From a virus, in the UHGV virus genome UHGV-1366828: DNA of 64,000 nucleotides. The stretch is one strand, 5' to 3'. Below, in pieces: positions 18,724-29,264 of this stretch (positions are counted from its first letter, which is position 1; each line of letters starts with the position of its first letter). Under the pieces are notes generated by a model. It saw nothing but the letters and a program-made list of their open reading frames with translations, was not told where the DNA came from and searched no databases. The position numbers and the translations under genes were made by a program.

Positions 18724-18735
18724 CTACATCACCTC

Positions 18736-21324
18736 TTAATTGGAAGTGGTAAAGGTTAAAGTATTGTCACCTGTAACTCTTGTTAGCGAAAGAATTGTTC
18801 TGTAACCACTTGCATCTACAATATCTTGTTGCTTTGTTATTACATACAATCCGCTAGACACGTGACGTTGACCATAGAATAAGGAGTTTATTCTAACATA
18901 GCTCATTAACATAGCAGGACGTAACAGACCTTTAAGTGTTAACTTCGCTTTGACAGGGAATTGTGTCATCTGTGTCCACCAAGTTTTCTGTGCCTGCGTA
19001 GTTTTATGATATCTGCTAGAAGTTGTTGAGTTAGGTGAGTATTCCGTTGTAACATTTCCTGCGTTGTCTATGTTGTATACATAATCTTCTGTAGGAATCT
19101 GTTGAGAATATTTGTATAGTAGACTCCACGAATCATCATTTTCTATCTGGAAATTCATAACATAGTTACTTGGTGTGTCTCCTACATATCCGGAATATCC
19201 AACATCTACTTCATATACATCAGAGCCACTTAACGATTCCGCAGAAGCGTCTGCTGTAACTTTTACAACTCTAAAGTATGGTCCATTGTATTCGTTTGTT
19301 ATATCATCAACAATGGTTAAGTGATATGTAGATTTTCCTAGAGACGTAGTTTGGTCACCAGAGGGGGACATTTCCGATACAAGATAGTTTAGATATGTTA
19401 TCGGGCTCATTCCCTCTTTAGGTTCTAGATGTGTCTCTCTGTCGTCACCAGCTATAAGTCTTCTAGCAATGGTCTTATTCTTCATTCCAGTGAAGACTTG
19501 TCGCAAGCCATATTTTTCAGAGAACAAGATTTCAATTATCTTGTCGCTGGGCTTACAAACAACTCCAGGGAAGTTATAAGAACGAGATGCTAACTGTAAA
19601 GCATTGCTAGTACAGAACAGAGTATATGTTATTCTCGAAGAAGAAAAATCAATGTTTGAAGTCAGTTTAGTTATGATAGCTTCTTCTTCTCTGAATATGA
19701 AGGATGGCGAGCTGTAATCACCATAACTTATTTTTATTTTACCGTAGCCAACACTACTAAATATCTTGTCCAGTAGATTTGGGTCTTGACCAGGTTCAAT
19801 CTGATATACCATGTTGATTGTGTACTGATTTACTGTACCGTTTACTTTTACTATATTGATACTTTGCATATAGTTAGGATAATCAACCCTGACAGTATTT
19901 TCAGACTTTCTATATTTATATGTACCAAATGTGTAGTTTCCTATTTGTAAAGTGATAAACGGACTTTCAACAAATGTTCCTACACTCAGTAGTCCTGTAG
20001 AACGCTGTGTAGAAATGTTTGTAGGAGTTTCATTTATTGTAACTCTTCTCACAACTTCTGCTTCGTCTACGGGACCAGCACTTCTTAATCTACGCTGTGC
20101 TTCAACATATTCTGCATAAGAGGAGTATTTTTTATTTAAATCAGTGTCATTATCAAATTGTTGTTTGCTAATAATGTTAGAGATTGTTTTCTTCCAGTTG
20201 TCAATGGTTCCGCTTATTGCGTTGCCTAATTTATTAACACCTTCATTGAAAGCATTTTCAACGGAAGAGCCTGTTGACTCGGAATTTTCGGGTCCTATAA
20301 CTCCTGTAGCTGCATCTCTGTAACGAAGAACAACTTGCCAAGAACATTCTCTGTAATAATTTCTAGTTGCTATACCGGTTGGAGTACACTCGACCATTCT
20401 ACCATTTCCAATAAACATTGCAGTATGTCCGTTAGCTCCTGCACCAGATGTGCCCGTAGCATTCCAGACAAGGACGTCTCCGGCTCGCATTCCGGTTCCG
20501 TTATCAATGTTTACCATGGAACGAACATCGGTGAACCCGTTCGCTACAAAACAACGTTTCATGTCGCCTGTATAAGAAGCGCCTGTTTGAACGCCTGCTT
20601 TGTTCCATGCAGAAATAATAAAAGCAGAACAGTCATATGAGGTGGGTCCCCATCTATTTGTCATGCTGTACGTATAACCTTTATTGCACTGAGCAACTGC
20701 CCACTGGATTGCTTTGTCTGTTGCAGTGGGTTGACTTGTTCCGTATAATGAATTTGTTGAAGATGTATAAGGAGCAGTGTACCCACTGTACTTGTTATAG
20801 AAAGCATACGCATGAGATCTACGAACATCATAATTATAAACAGCAGGACGTTCATATTGCTCAAGGACTAAGTCACAAGCAGCACGAACGTCCGTAGCTC
20901 TCTTTAATTGATTTCCCCAAGATGCATTACTAAAGGCATTGTCAGCAAAGGTTAACTGTGTGTCAAGATTTCCAACTGAAGTACCACGTTGTTTTGCAAG
21001 CTCATAAAGGTCTCTTTTATATGTCCACCAAGTCCATTGAGCAAGTCCGTATCCTATAGAATCGTGAACAAATTTATCTTTGGAGTATGCTCCACTATCT
21101 ACCTGTTGAGTATAGTCAGCATCAGACCAACCATATCCGTTTTGAACATTGTTTGCAATAAGTGCACTTTCTGCTTGGAAGTTGCCCATTATACCGGCGA
21201 TGCCTTCAGAGCTGTACCCTTTAGACCGGAAAAATGACCATATCTGTTGTTCAACTGTTTGATTTGTTCTGTTTATAGCGTTAGCTCTTAGTCCGCTGCC
21301 CTCAATGTCTTGATATACTTGCAT
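18736..21324 (-). CDS. baseplate hub / tail-associated lysin (862 aa): N-terminal lysozyme-like domain + Cys-His peptidase (CHAP/NlpC-P60-like) + C-terminal structural domain
   Basis: GIMGNFQAESALIANNVQNGYGW...GYGLAQWTWWTYKRDLYELAKQRG...EQYERPA is paralogous to the domain in the 62538-63953 endolysin. CSAFIISAWNKAG ... GHTAMFIGNG gives the Cys/His peptidase signature. Confidence 0.65.
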   Translation of the reverse strand: MQVYQDIEGSGLRANAINRTNQTVEQQIWSFFRSKGYSSEGIAGIMGNFQAESALIANNVQNGYGWSDADYTQQVDSGAYSKDKFVHDSIGYGLAQWTWWTYKRDLYELAKQRGTSVGNLDTQLTFADNAFSNASWGNQLKRATDVRAACDLVLEQYERPAVYNYDVRRSHAYAFYNKYSGYTAPYTSSTNSLYGTSQPTATDKAIQWAVAQCNKGYTYSMTNRWGPTSYDCSAFIISAWNKAGVQTGASYTGDMKRCFVANGFTDVRSMVNIDNGTGMRAGDVLVWNATGTSGAGANGHTAMFIGNGRMVECTPTGIATRNYYRECSWQVVLRYRDAATGVIGPENSESTGSSVENAFNEGVNKLGNAISGTIDNWKKTISNIISKQQFDNDTDLNKKYSSYAEYVEAQRRLRSAGPVDEAEVVRRVTINETPTNISTQRSTGLLSVGTFVESPFITLQIGNYTFGTYKYRKSENTVRVDYPNYMQSINIVKVNGTVNQYTINMVYQIEPGQDPNLLDKIFSSVGYGKIKISYGDYSSPSFIFREEEAIITKLTSNIDFSSSRITYTLFCTSNALQLASRSYNFPGVVCKPSDKIIEILFSEKYGLRQVFTGMKNKTIARRLIAGDDRETHLEPKEGMSPITYLNYLVSEMSPSGDQTTSLGKSTYHLTIVDDITNEYNGPYFRVVKVTADASAESLSGSDVYEVDVGYSGYVGDTPSNYVMNFQIENDDSWSLLYKYSQQIPTEDYVYNIDNAGNVTTEYSPNSTTSSRYHKTTQAQKTWWTQMTQFPVKAKLTLKGLLRPAMLMSYVRINSLFYGQRHVSSGLYVITKQQDIVDASGYRTILSLTRVTGDNTLTFTTSN

Positions 21325-21334
21325 AGGCTAATCC

Positions 21335-21649
21335 TCACTGAAATTCAATACTCGACAGAATTGGAATATTTAATGTACTTCCTTCAACAGGCTTTCTAAA
21401 TGGGTCTGATATGTTATTAAAATCACATATTGCCCAAAAGTATACAGGAGAGTTATAAAAAGCAAGAGATAGAGAGTCATATGTGTCATTCTTTTTTACA
21501 ACATATGCTGTATACGGAGTTGTTTTGTCGAGGTGTCGTGTAGTTCCGTAGATATATTTTCCATCTGACTTGTTATAGTAATAAGGAAATGAGCTATATC
21601 TAGAAACTCTTTTATAACTCTTATAAGTTTTGTTAGTTAATTTATCCAT
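21335..21649 (-). CDS. LysM-domain tail protein (P2 gpX-like, 104 aa)
   Basis: YVVKKNDTYDSLSLAFYNSPVYFWAICDFNNISDP matches the LysM pattern (..V..GDTL..IA..y......I...N.i). Confidence 0.55.
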   Translation of the reverse strand: MDKLTNKTYKSYKRVSRYSSFPYYYNKSDGKYIYGTTRHLDKTTPYTAYVVKKNDTYDSLSLAFYNSPVYFWAICDFNNISDPFRKPVEGSTLNIPILSSIEFQ

Positions 21650-21660
21650 ACACCGCTACC

Positions 21661-22314
21661 TCATCTCGGATTAGAATAAGCAGAAAAGGGCTGTGCTGCT
21701 ACGTACAGATTTCTTGCAAGAGATGTGTTTAGCCCTCTGGAACTGCCCATTTGTGCAGCTATAAGGGCATCGTAAGGCTCTGTTTCGGTTACTCCAAAGG
21801 CGACGTCAACTAATGCATACTTACCGTCGCTTAGAATTGGATAACGATAAGTAACGCCTACAGAACCTGTTATAACACCTTTTATAAACAGGTCTTGACC
21901 TAGTCTTAAAGCAACCTGAGGAGGATTTACCATCTTCTTTGCTACTTCATATGTAGGAAGAGCGGCTGCTTGAATATATTTAATTAAAAGGTCTGTGTAA
22001 TCATCGTTGCTGTTGTTTTCAATCATCGCTGTGCTAACACCGTAGTTGATCTGCTTCATCATATCTCTGTGTAGATTGAATGATACCTGTAAAGTACGAG
22101 GACCCGAACTGGAATAAGAATAGATTGGGGCAGACCTTGCAAGGGGTGTAGACGAGTTGAAGTTAACATTCTGGGTATCAGTTACTGAGTCAGCGTAAGC
22201 TGGCAGCAAAATACATACACCCATTGTACCTTTGTTATTTGGCACATGATATAGATACAGATAGTTGTCTGGCATGACATATCTACTATATCTGTTGTTA
22301 TATGTTACAGCCAT
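21661..22314 (-). CDS. hypothetical tail protein (217 aa)
   Basis: Lies between the tape measure and hub genes; no motif recognised. Confidence 0.4.
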   Translation of the reverse strand: MAVTYNNRYSRYVMPDNYLYLYHVPNNKGTMGVCILLPAYADSVTDTQNVNFNSSTPLARSAPIYSYSSSGPRTLQVSFNLHRDMMKQINYGVSTAMIENNSNDDYTDLLIKYIQAAALPTYEVAKKMVNPPQVALRLGQDLFIKGVITGSVGVTYRYPILSDGKYALVDVAFGVTETEPYDALIAAQMGSSRGLNTSLARNLYVAAQPFSAYSNPR

Positions 22315-23486
22315 TACATGTATCCTTTCATTATTGCATTTTCGACATCTTTATCAACATATCCGGTGATGTCAATTTTTCTTGTGTGTTTACTTAAAAG
22401 ATAGTCTCTATAAACAGCTCTTCGTAAATTATTATCCCAAACACCTGTTTGTGTCATTCTATTTCGTTGGGCAATCTTTATGTCAAGAGAACATTCATCT
22501 CTTGGAGTAATCACATTGTTAAGAAGATACTCAATCAGTCTGTTTGAAAACGGACGTTGCTCCTTGTTACTAAATTGTAACAAATCGAGTTCCGTTAGCA
22601 TCATCTTGTCCAATTCAGGAGGGGAAATCTCATTCTTTTCCTGTTTTACTTTATCGTCATACGACACATCTAACACAGGCTCGAAGTTGTAAATCTCATT
22701 ACAAGATAGGTTTGTGTAGTCTCCTTCAAGAACCATAAGACTCGTCTCTACAGTAGACATAAACTGAATTAGAAGGTATAAGAATTTTTCGTTACGTTGA
22801 TGTACCTTTGCGTTTCTGTCTCCTTCATGATTCTTTACCTCTACAGTGAATGGACGTCTGAAGGAGCAAGACAGCTCTTTGTGTACATTAACGTACTCAT
22901 TACGAGAACAAAGGTCACTGGTCAAGTCAAACGAAACTGAACCCGACCAGGCAGGAACAAGCTGATTATTTTCTTGATATATTGGAGCAATCATTACAGC
23001 AGAGCTAGAGTCGGCTGCGATTGTATATTTTCGGTTAAACTTTATTGGAACCATTGCCACTTTATATGATGAGTTATCACCTTGTACAACTCCTGTTGAG
23101 TCAATGTAGTAATTAGAAATGTACTGTTTTCCCCAGCAGTTATAAAATGGCATTAAATCTATATTAAAACAATCTCGAATAGTTCGTAGATAATTTCCTA
23201 ATTGACGATGTGTTTTTACATCATAGTATAGGTTATCTGATTTGAAAGGCTCTGTAAACTTTGGATAATAATCTCCAAAAGAGTAGTGCTGTAATACTTG
23301 AACTTCCGCATCTTCAGAGAATCGCCCACTCTTTGTACACTTGAATATGTTACATCTGTTTATGTAGATAAAGGGAGAAAGAATATAATCTCCCTCCCGT
23401 ACTGTGTCGCAAATCGGAAGAGGAGTATTACTGAGTAAGTTTTTTATCAGTTTACTCTCAATAGTGTTAGTGTAGTACTCACTCAT
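22314..23486 (-). CDS. hypothetical tail protein (390 aa), distal-tail/baseplate assembly position
   Basis: Immediately downstream of the tape measure gene. Confidence 0.4.
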   Translation of the reverse strand: MSEYYTNTIESKLIKNLLSNTPLPICDTVREGDYILSPFIYINRCNIFKCTKSGRFSEDAEVQVLQHYSFGDYYPKFTEPFKSDNLYYDVKTHRQLGNYLRTIRDCFNIDLMPFYNCWGKQYISNYYIDSTGVVQGDNSSYKVAMVPIKFNRKYTIAADSSSAVMIAPIYQENNQLVPAWSGSVSFDLTSDLCSRNEYVNVHKELSCSFRRPFTVEVKNHEGDRNAKVHQRNEKFLYLLIQFMSTVETSLMVLEGDYTNLSCNEIYNFEPVLDVSYDDKVKQEKNEISPPELDKMMLTELDLLQFSNKEQRPFSNRLIEYLLNNVITPRDECSLDIKIAQRNRMTQTGVWDNNLRRAVYRDYLLSKHTRKIDITGYVDKDVENAIMKGYM

Positions 23487-23488
23487 AA

Positions 23489-26110
23489 TTATAATCTCCT
23501 AACTGTGTCAAGTATCTGCATCATATAGGTTGCGCTGTTGTCATTTGTTGGAATTGTGTTCTGAATCTGTTGTAAAAGAATCTTCATTCCTTCGGGGTCT
23601 AGTTGAAGTATTAAGTTGCTGAGCTGGTCAAATGAAGATTTTTCTAACTCTGCCAACTTTACTCTAATCGGATTTGATTGTGTTTCAAATAGCTCTTTGT
23701 AAATGTCATTGGCACCTGTATTTATCTGCTCGCTCATTCCTGTAATTGCTGTTGTTGCATTTGCAAGGTTTGTAGCGTTAGTTACCAAGTTATTTATTGT
23801 GCTGCTTGCTCCTGTTGTATTGTAGTAAGCACTTGAGCTAAGTCCTTCCACAACAGGGGCTTCATATCCGAATGTAGACCCAGTAATGACAACATCATTA
23901 TAACTCTGCTGTGCAGCTCTGTAGCTACCAGTTAATCCACCGACACCTCCGGAGTATGTAACTCCTCTAATACCTTGTGTATAGTCGGTTCCTCTCATTG
24001 TGAACGGGTCCCAATCAAATCCCATAAGAGATTTATTCTGGCCTGCCATCGTGTCAAACATATTACCGACAGCCGAGCCCAATGCACTCGCAATATTAAA
24101 CGGAAGAGTAAGTATATTTCCTAGAGAGCCGAGGACGCCCATTATGCCTCCGCCGCTTGTGTTGAAAGCAAAGCTAGTATTAGAAATATCCCCAAGAGTT
24201 TCAGACAAACTCGAAAGCATCGGAAGAGCACTAATAACCTTGGTAATCATACCAACTGTGCTGTTCTGTAATCCTACAGCACCTAACAATTGGTCTACAA
24301 ACTGTGTAGCGTACCACGTCATGTACTGGGCATCATTCTGTGCCATATTCATTCCCCAGTTAAACATGAAGTTGTCTGCCATGGTCTGCACTCTTTCAGA
24401 GGCAGCAGTTCTTCCTACTACTGTTTGAAGTTGATTTTTCGTTTCATTTATCGACTGGTCATATGTAGTATTTGACCTGTATATAGCAGAAATATCATTG
24501 TTTGTAAGGTTACTAACAGCTCTTAAGTCTGTTAATGTTATTCCTAAAACATCAGACCACTGTGAACGTAATACCTGATTGTCTGTTGTATTTTCTGCAA
24601 TTGTTCCCAAATAGTCAACCATTGAACGCATTAAATCATTAACATTGGAAGCATTCAATCCCTGCGTTAACAAATCAGAATATGACAGCCCAGCATTCGT
24701 CGCTGACATATTCATTAAAACTGATAATGGTTGGTTACCGTTTAAGGTATTTATGTTACCTGATGCAAGAGCGTTGATGCCGGATGCAATCGAGGCAACA
24801 GCCTGGTCTGATAATCCTACACTATACAAAGATGCAAGCCATTTTTGCACCGCATATGTAAATGATGTAGCATTATTCTTATCCATGCTAGAGATGGAAT
24901 CTGTTAAAGCAGCTAACACGCTGTCATACATTGTGTTAAGATATGATGTATCTTCAAACTGGCTGTTTAAGAATTTTGTTAACTGAGCTTCTGAACCCAA
25001 CTGTGACATTGTAAGGTCTGCTTGTTGAATTCGAATCATACGTTGTAAAGTGTTGTCAAGAACATCAAATGTTGTCACCATTTTGTCCGACAATGTAGCT
25101 AACATAGCTCTTTGTTCTATGTTGTAAGCAATGCCATTTTCAGTTAACTTTGCAACATTCTGCAGTAATTCTTTCTGAGAAACAAATCTACTTGCACCAA
25201 TTGTATTCTGAACATCGTCTGTTATCTGTTTAAAGAACCCTGTTTGAGCTTCCTCACTTTGTAGCCGAGCATCAACTTTACCCATATACTGGTTCTGGAA
25301 GTTTGCTGCTTGAGTAAAGTTTTGTGACATTTTTTTGCTAATGCCAGACACAACATCAAGAATCTTACCAAAGGTAGAAAGTCCTTCTGCAGAACTTGCA
25401 GAGGAGAACCCAGACTCTGCTAATGCCGAGGCATTTCGAGTCTCGTTATCTTTTTGTTCTTGGGCAATACGTTCTCTTGCGGCAGCTCTTTCTTCTTCCG
25501 TACTAGCAGTATCTTCAATAATTGCTTGATTTTCACGAAGAATACGTTGATGAAGTTTTTGGTTTTCTTTCTGTTTCTCTACAAACTTGTTAGCTCTTTG
25601 TTGTGCATTAGCAAACCGTTCTGCTCTTGTTGCATTTTCCTGTGCGCCTTTTGCTATATGCTCGTCTATTTTTACTTGACGTTTCTTTGCATTTTCAAGC
25701 AGCAGTTGTGTGCTAAGAGACTGTTGGTCTAGAGCTTTCAGTTTCTCATTTATTTCAGCACGTTGATTTTCATCTTCTACTTGGTCTCTTTGCAATTTCA
25801 GCATATACTCTTTTTGCTGTTGCTGTTTCTGTTGGTTTTGTAAGTATTCTATATTCTGTTTATTTATTGCAGCCTGTTGATTTAGCTCAAGGTTTGCTAA
25901 TTGATAACGTTGACGAGCTCTCACAGCACGCTCTATTTCAAACTTCTGCGTATCCGTCAATGTTTTACCAATCTTTTCTTGTAGCTTTGCCTGGTCCGCC
26001 AACGCCTTGTTAATCATTTGTTGTGTCTTAGCTTCAGAAGCAAAGTCAGCAGCTTTTCGTTGGTTGGAGGCTTCTATTCGATCCATCAAATCGTCTACAT
26101 TAAAGGCCAT
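23489..26110 (-). CDS. tail tape measure protein (873 aa)
   Basis: Long Q/E/K/A/R-rich coiled-coil N-terminal half and G/S/T-rich C-terminal half; sits downstream of the sheath/tube/chaperone genes; AGGTGA site before the ATG. Confidence 0.7.
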   Translation of the reverse strand: MAFNVDDLMDRIEASNQRKAADFASEAKTQQMINKALADQAKLQEKIGKTLTDTQKFEIERAVRARQRYQLANLELNQQAAINKQNIEYLQNQQKQQQQKEYMLKLQRDQVEDENQRAEINEKLKALDQQSLSTQLLLENAKKRQVKIDEHIAKGAQENATRAERFANAQQRANKFVEKQKENQKLHQRILRENQAIIEDTASTEEERAAARERIAQEQKDNETRNASALAESGFSSASSAEGLSTFGKILDVVSGISKKMSQNFTQAANFQNQYMGKVDARLQSEEAQTGFFKQITDDVQNTIGASRFVSQKELLQNVAKLTENGIAYNIEQRAMLATLSDKMVTTFDVLDNTLQRMIRIQQADLTMSQLGSEAQLTKFLNSQFEDTSYLNTMYDSVLAALTDSISSMDKNNATSFTYAVQKWLASLYSVGLSDQAVASIASGINALASGNINTLNGNQPLSVLMNMSATNAGLSYSDLLTQGLNASNVNDLMRSMVDYLGTIAENTTDNQVLRSQWSDVLGITLTDLRAVSNLTNNDISAIYRSNTTYDQSINETKNQLQTVVGRTAASERVQTMADNFMFNWGMNMAQNDAQYMTWYATQFVDQLLGAVGLQNSTVGMITKVISALPMLSSLSETLGDISNTSFAFNTSGGGIMGVLGSLGNILTLPFNIASALGSAVGNMFDTMAGQNKSLMGFDWDPFTMRGTDYTQGIRGVTYSGGVGGLTGSYRAAQQSYNDVVITGSTFGYEAPVVEGLSSSAYYNTTGASSTINNLVTNATNLANATTAITGMSEQINTGANDIYKELFETQSNPIRVKLAELEKSSFDQLSNLILQLDPEGMKILLQQIQNTIPTNDNSATYMMQILDTVRRL

Positions 26111-26126
26111 CTATATATCACCTGCC

Positions 26127-26385
26127 GTGGCTAACGTTTATTTTTGCTTGCGGCTTCTCGTTTATGTTTCTCAATCAATTCTTGTTGCTGTTGTAAATCT
26201 TGAATAATCAGTTGTAACAGAATTTCTCTTTCTGTGGGTGTTATGTCTTTTGTGTCGTTATATGAAGTGTGTGTATTTTTTGAAATCAGATAACGTTCGT
26301 TTACGATGTCTCTAAATCTTACTGGGGCATATAACTTATTCTCCTTTTCAGATATCCAGAGAGGGTCGAAAAAACTCTCTGTCAG
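26127..26385 (-). other. Start-codon-less +1-frame ORF (about 85 codons) overlapping the 3' end of the upstream gene: candidate programmed-frameshift extension of a tail assembly chaperone
   Basis: The +1 frame opens at a TAA 37 nt before the 0-frame stop (26348) and runs to a TAG at 26127 without any ATG/GTG. A U6 run (mRNA GAG UUU UUU CGA, forward A6 at 26369-26374) lies inside the overlap window. Confidence 0.3.
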
Positions 26386-27124
26386 CTCTTAGGCTGACGT
26401 TATAATCAAGACCGCAGACATCGCACATACAATGAAGTGTGTTGTCTACACCGAAAGAGCTGTTTGCTTTGTCTGCATATACAAGTATTGTATTGGTGTC
26501 CGCCATTGGAAGATTCTTCACCCATTCAGTAATCTTTACTGGGTTTACGGGAGATCCATCAATACTCTTTATCAACTCTTGAATTGTAAACACCGTTGTG
26601 TAGTCAACTGTTTGTCCGCTCTTCTTCCGATACTCTTTTGCGTTATACTGCGCGCTGTCTACCATACGAGGGGTCTGTAGATATATTTCAATCTTACTTT
26701 TTGTCATTGGAAGTTCAAACGAAAGGTACTTTGAAACCTCTTCTTGGTTGTATGCTTTTAACGGTAATTTTGTAAGATCTATGGTATCTACATTACCACA
26801 GCCACAATAAGGACAAGTTGTGCTTAGCTTATAGTTATTTCCGTATGTAACTACACGGAGCATATACAACAAAAATCGGTAGTCCGCAAGACACATATCG
26901 CGACTTGAAATGTTACAAGGAGAAATAATACAGTCGTCGATAATCTCACAAATGTTCTTATATGGCATATCAGAAGGAGAGAGTCGTTTCATCTCTTCTT
27001 GTGTTGTCATAGAACGAAGTGTGATGTCTGGGCCTACCAGTTCACTATATATTTTACCTTCACTGGGAAGAGTAAAAGTCTGATTGATTGTGTAATCTTT
27101 TTGATTCATTTGACCATTCTCCAT
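26348..27124 (-). CDS. Cys-rich protein (258 aa) in the tail assembly chaperone position (between tube and tape measure)
   Basis: CPYCGCG ... CMCDVCG motifs; GGAGAA site upstream; position matches G/GT- or E/E'-type chaperones. Confidence 0.4.
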   Translation of the reverse strand: MENGQMNQKDYTINQTFTLPSEGKIYSELVGPDITLRSMTTQEEMKRLSPSDMPYKNICEIIDDCIISPCNISSRDMCLADYRFLLYMLRVVTYGNNYKLSTTCPYCGCGNVDTIDLTKLPLKAYNQEEVSKYLSFELPMTKSKIEIYLQTPRMVDSAQYNAKEYRKKSGQTVDYTTVFTIQELIKSIDGSPVNPVKITEWVKNLPMADTNTILVYADKANSSFGVDNTLHCMCDVCGLDYNVSLRADREFFRPSLDI

Positions 27125-27134
27125 ATAAAATAAT

Positions 27135-27172
27135 ATTTAGTTAAATAAATTATCTTATATATCAATGTCAAA
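27135..27172 (-). promoter_or_regulatory. possible internal promoter in the 156-bp AT-rich gap (perfect TTGACA; three AAGATAA repeats)
   Basis: Minus strand TTGACAttgatatataagataattt; no well-spaced -10 element, hence low confidence. Confidence 0.25.
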
Positions 27173-27280
27173 TGTTATCTTAACAATTTATAACGTTATC
27201 TTGATATATAAAATAATAGGTAATCCCTTAAGGAAATCATATTCATGACTGTCCCTATTACTTTATACAATTTAATTCAA

Positions 27281-27889
27281 TTAGATGTCAGCATCCAACT
27301 TAGCGTGGTCATACTGAATTGTTGCAGAAACTTTACGAGCAGAGTTGCCATTGTCGCTGTCAAAGTCGTCTTCTGACAGACCGCTAATCCAGCAACCGTA
27401 AAGTGTCCAGCTTCTAACAACTTGATAATCAGGGCTATACTCAATAAGAGTACAATTCTTCTTGTAGTCCTGAACCAGGCCCACCTTTTCCGTAATTACA
27501 TTGTAGGAAAGGTTCTGCCATGCCATTAAGTAGTCTTTTGTTCCAGCTCCGATGTAATCGTTTACAATCAGGCTTCCTTCTCCGAATGTCGGGACTCCCG
27601 CGTACTTCAGGAGGTTGTTACCTCTACGAACCTGAATTACTTCCTGCGTGAAGTGAGGAACAGATGCTCTAGTAACTGACATACGAATAATCTCTTGACC
27701 CTTTTGCAGCTTCGTCATGTTACTGTCGTTACTGCTAGCAGGTTGAAGGTTGTCAAAATCAGAGATTAGAAACTCGAAGTTATTAGAACGAGCAATTTCG
27801 TATAGGTTCGGATTGTCTGCAAGATTGTAAGTACCGATAGCAAAATTGGAGCTAACATCAACTGTACTGGGATTGTATTTGATACTCAT
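27281..27889 (-). CDS. tail tube protein candidate (202 aa)
   Basis: Directly downstream of the sheath-like gene; AAGGAGG site; size fits. Confidence 0.5.
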   Translation of the reverse strand: MSIKYNPSTVDVSSNFAIGTYNLADNPNLYEIARSNNFEFLISDFDNLQPASSNDSNMTKLQKGQEIIRMSVTRASVPHFTQEVIQVRRGNNLLKYAGVPTFGEGSLIVNDYIGAGTKDYLMAWQNLSYNVITEKVGLVQDYKKNCTLIEYSPDYQVVRSWTLYGCWISGLSEDDFDSDNGNSARKVSATIQYDHAKLDADI

Positions 27890-27912
27890 ATTATTCTATC
27901 CTCCTTATCCCG

Positions 27913-29253
27913 TTACGCCACAGTCACGTCATCGTCGGTCATGTAAACCGTGATATCAAAGCTCTCAACAGCGTAAATCGGATAAATGCGAATCGATGCG
28001 CTAATCTTCGTCGGACTGTCGGAAGTATTACGGATAATTCTATATCCAGAAATTCCACTACCAGAAACCATCTGGTCAAGCAGCGGAGTCAGATAAGACT
28101 TGAAGTTTGTCCACAGTGTAGCGGTATTCTGCTCGTACAGAAGATTGATGCAAGCAGTGTAAATCTGCTTCTTAACATCACACGTAAGGTTACGAAGATT
28201 CAGATAAGACATTGCCTGAAGGCCTAATGTACCGTTCTGTCTGAGAGTTCTGTTACCCCAGATGCAATATCCATAAGGCTTGATACGAGTGATGGCGTTA
28301 ACATAGATGCCGTTAAGAGATGTGCTAGTACCGAAATTCTGATAGCCATCTGCAATAGCATTTGTTAACACTTCATTTGTATGAAGTTCTTTAAGTCCCG
28401 GAACAAGTCCTCTGCTAACACCCGCCACGACATTCCAGTTATAGTTGGTTTGAAGTGATTGAGCAAGAGATGTCAGATAAGCAAATGAACCAGGAAGACT
28501 TACTGCTGAATAGTTGTCGTTTGTGTAAACTGCTTGCGGATAAATCGCCCAAGGAGTAAACATTGCTCCGAATGCGCCGTTAGTGAAGCTATTTGAGTAA
28601 GTATTATTCAATGCGTAAACAACAGAGGTTGTTGCTGATGCACTTAATGCTCTTCCAGGATTGTCTGTATGGTCAATGAGAGCGACAGCATCTCCACGAG
28701 TGGCACAGATACTTAGCATATCAATAACAATACTGTTAGTCTCGTACTCGAATACAGGATATCCGCCTGAGGTCAGATACTTGAAATCAAAGTCGCCTTT
28801 ACTGATTAGATTTGTTGTAGCTGCTGCATACAGTGTTGACAGCTGAGCATAAAGGTCTTTTGCAGTTCCTGTAAACTTACCATTTTCATTGATCTGCTCA
28901 TCTGTATTTATCTTACAGTAGACAACCTGTAACCCCTGAGACAGAAGCTTGGCTGCATAAATCCAAGACGGATCAGGTTCATCTGCATCAAATAGATTAC
29001 CTTCTGCGGGAACAGCGTTTGTTGCAAAACCTTTTAAGTCGCCAAACACATCATAAGCAGACGCTGCATTAAACAACACCGGGAAAGAACCGAAGGCGGT
29101 GTAGAACTCTGAAAGCGTGCTGCAAGCAACAGGAGCATACTGTTCAACGGTTTTTACAGAAGACAATCCAGGGATAAAAACAATGTCTGTATTAGAAAGG
29201 GCTTCAACCGATTGTGTTAAGTCCTTTTCAGAAATATTTATTCTGAGAGCCAT
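27913..29253 (-). CDS. tail sheath protein candidate (446 aa)
   Basis: Gene order (sheath, tube, chaperone, tape measure), size, AAGGAG site; shows myovirus-type organisation. Confidence 0.55.
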   Translation of the reverse strand: MALRINISEKDLTQSVEALSNTDIVFIPGLSSVKTVEQYAPVACSTLSEFYTAFGSFPVLFNAASAYDVFGDLKGFATNAVPAEGNLFDADEPDPSWIYAAKLLSQGLQVVYCKINTDEQINENGKFTGTAKDLYAQLSTLYAAATTNLISKGDFDFKYLTSGGYPVFEYETNSIVIDMLSICATRGDAVALIDHTDNPGRALSASATTSVVYALNNTYSNSFTNGAFGAMFTPWAIYPQAVYTNDNYSAVSLPGSFAYLTSLAQSLQTNYNWNVVAGVSRGLVPGLKELHTNEVLTNAIADGYQNFGTSTSLNGIYVNAITRIKPYGYCIWGNRTLRQNGTLGLQAMSYLNLRNLTCDVKKQIYTACINLLYEQNTATLWTNFKSYLTPLLDQMVSGSGISGYRIIRNTSDSPTKISASIRIYPIYAVESFDITVYMTDDDVTVA

Positions 29254-29264
29254 TTATTGTCTCC

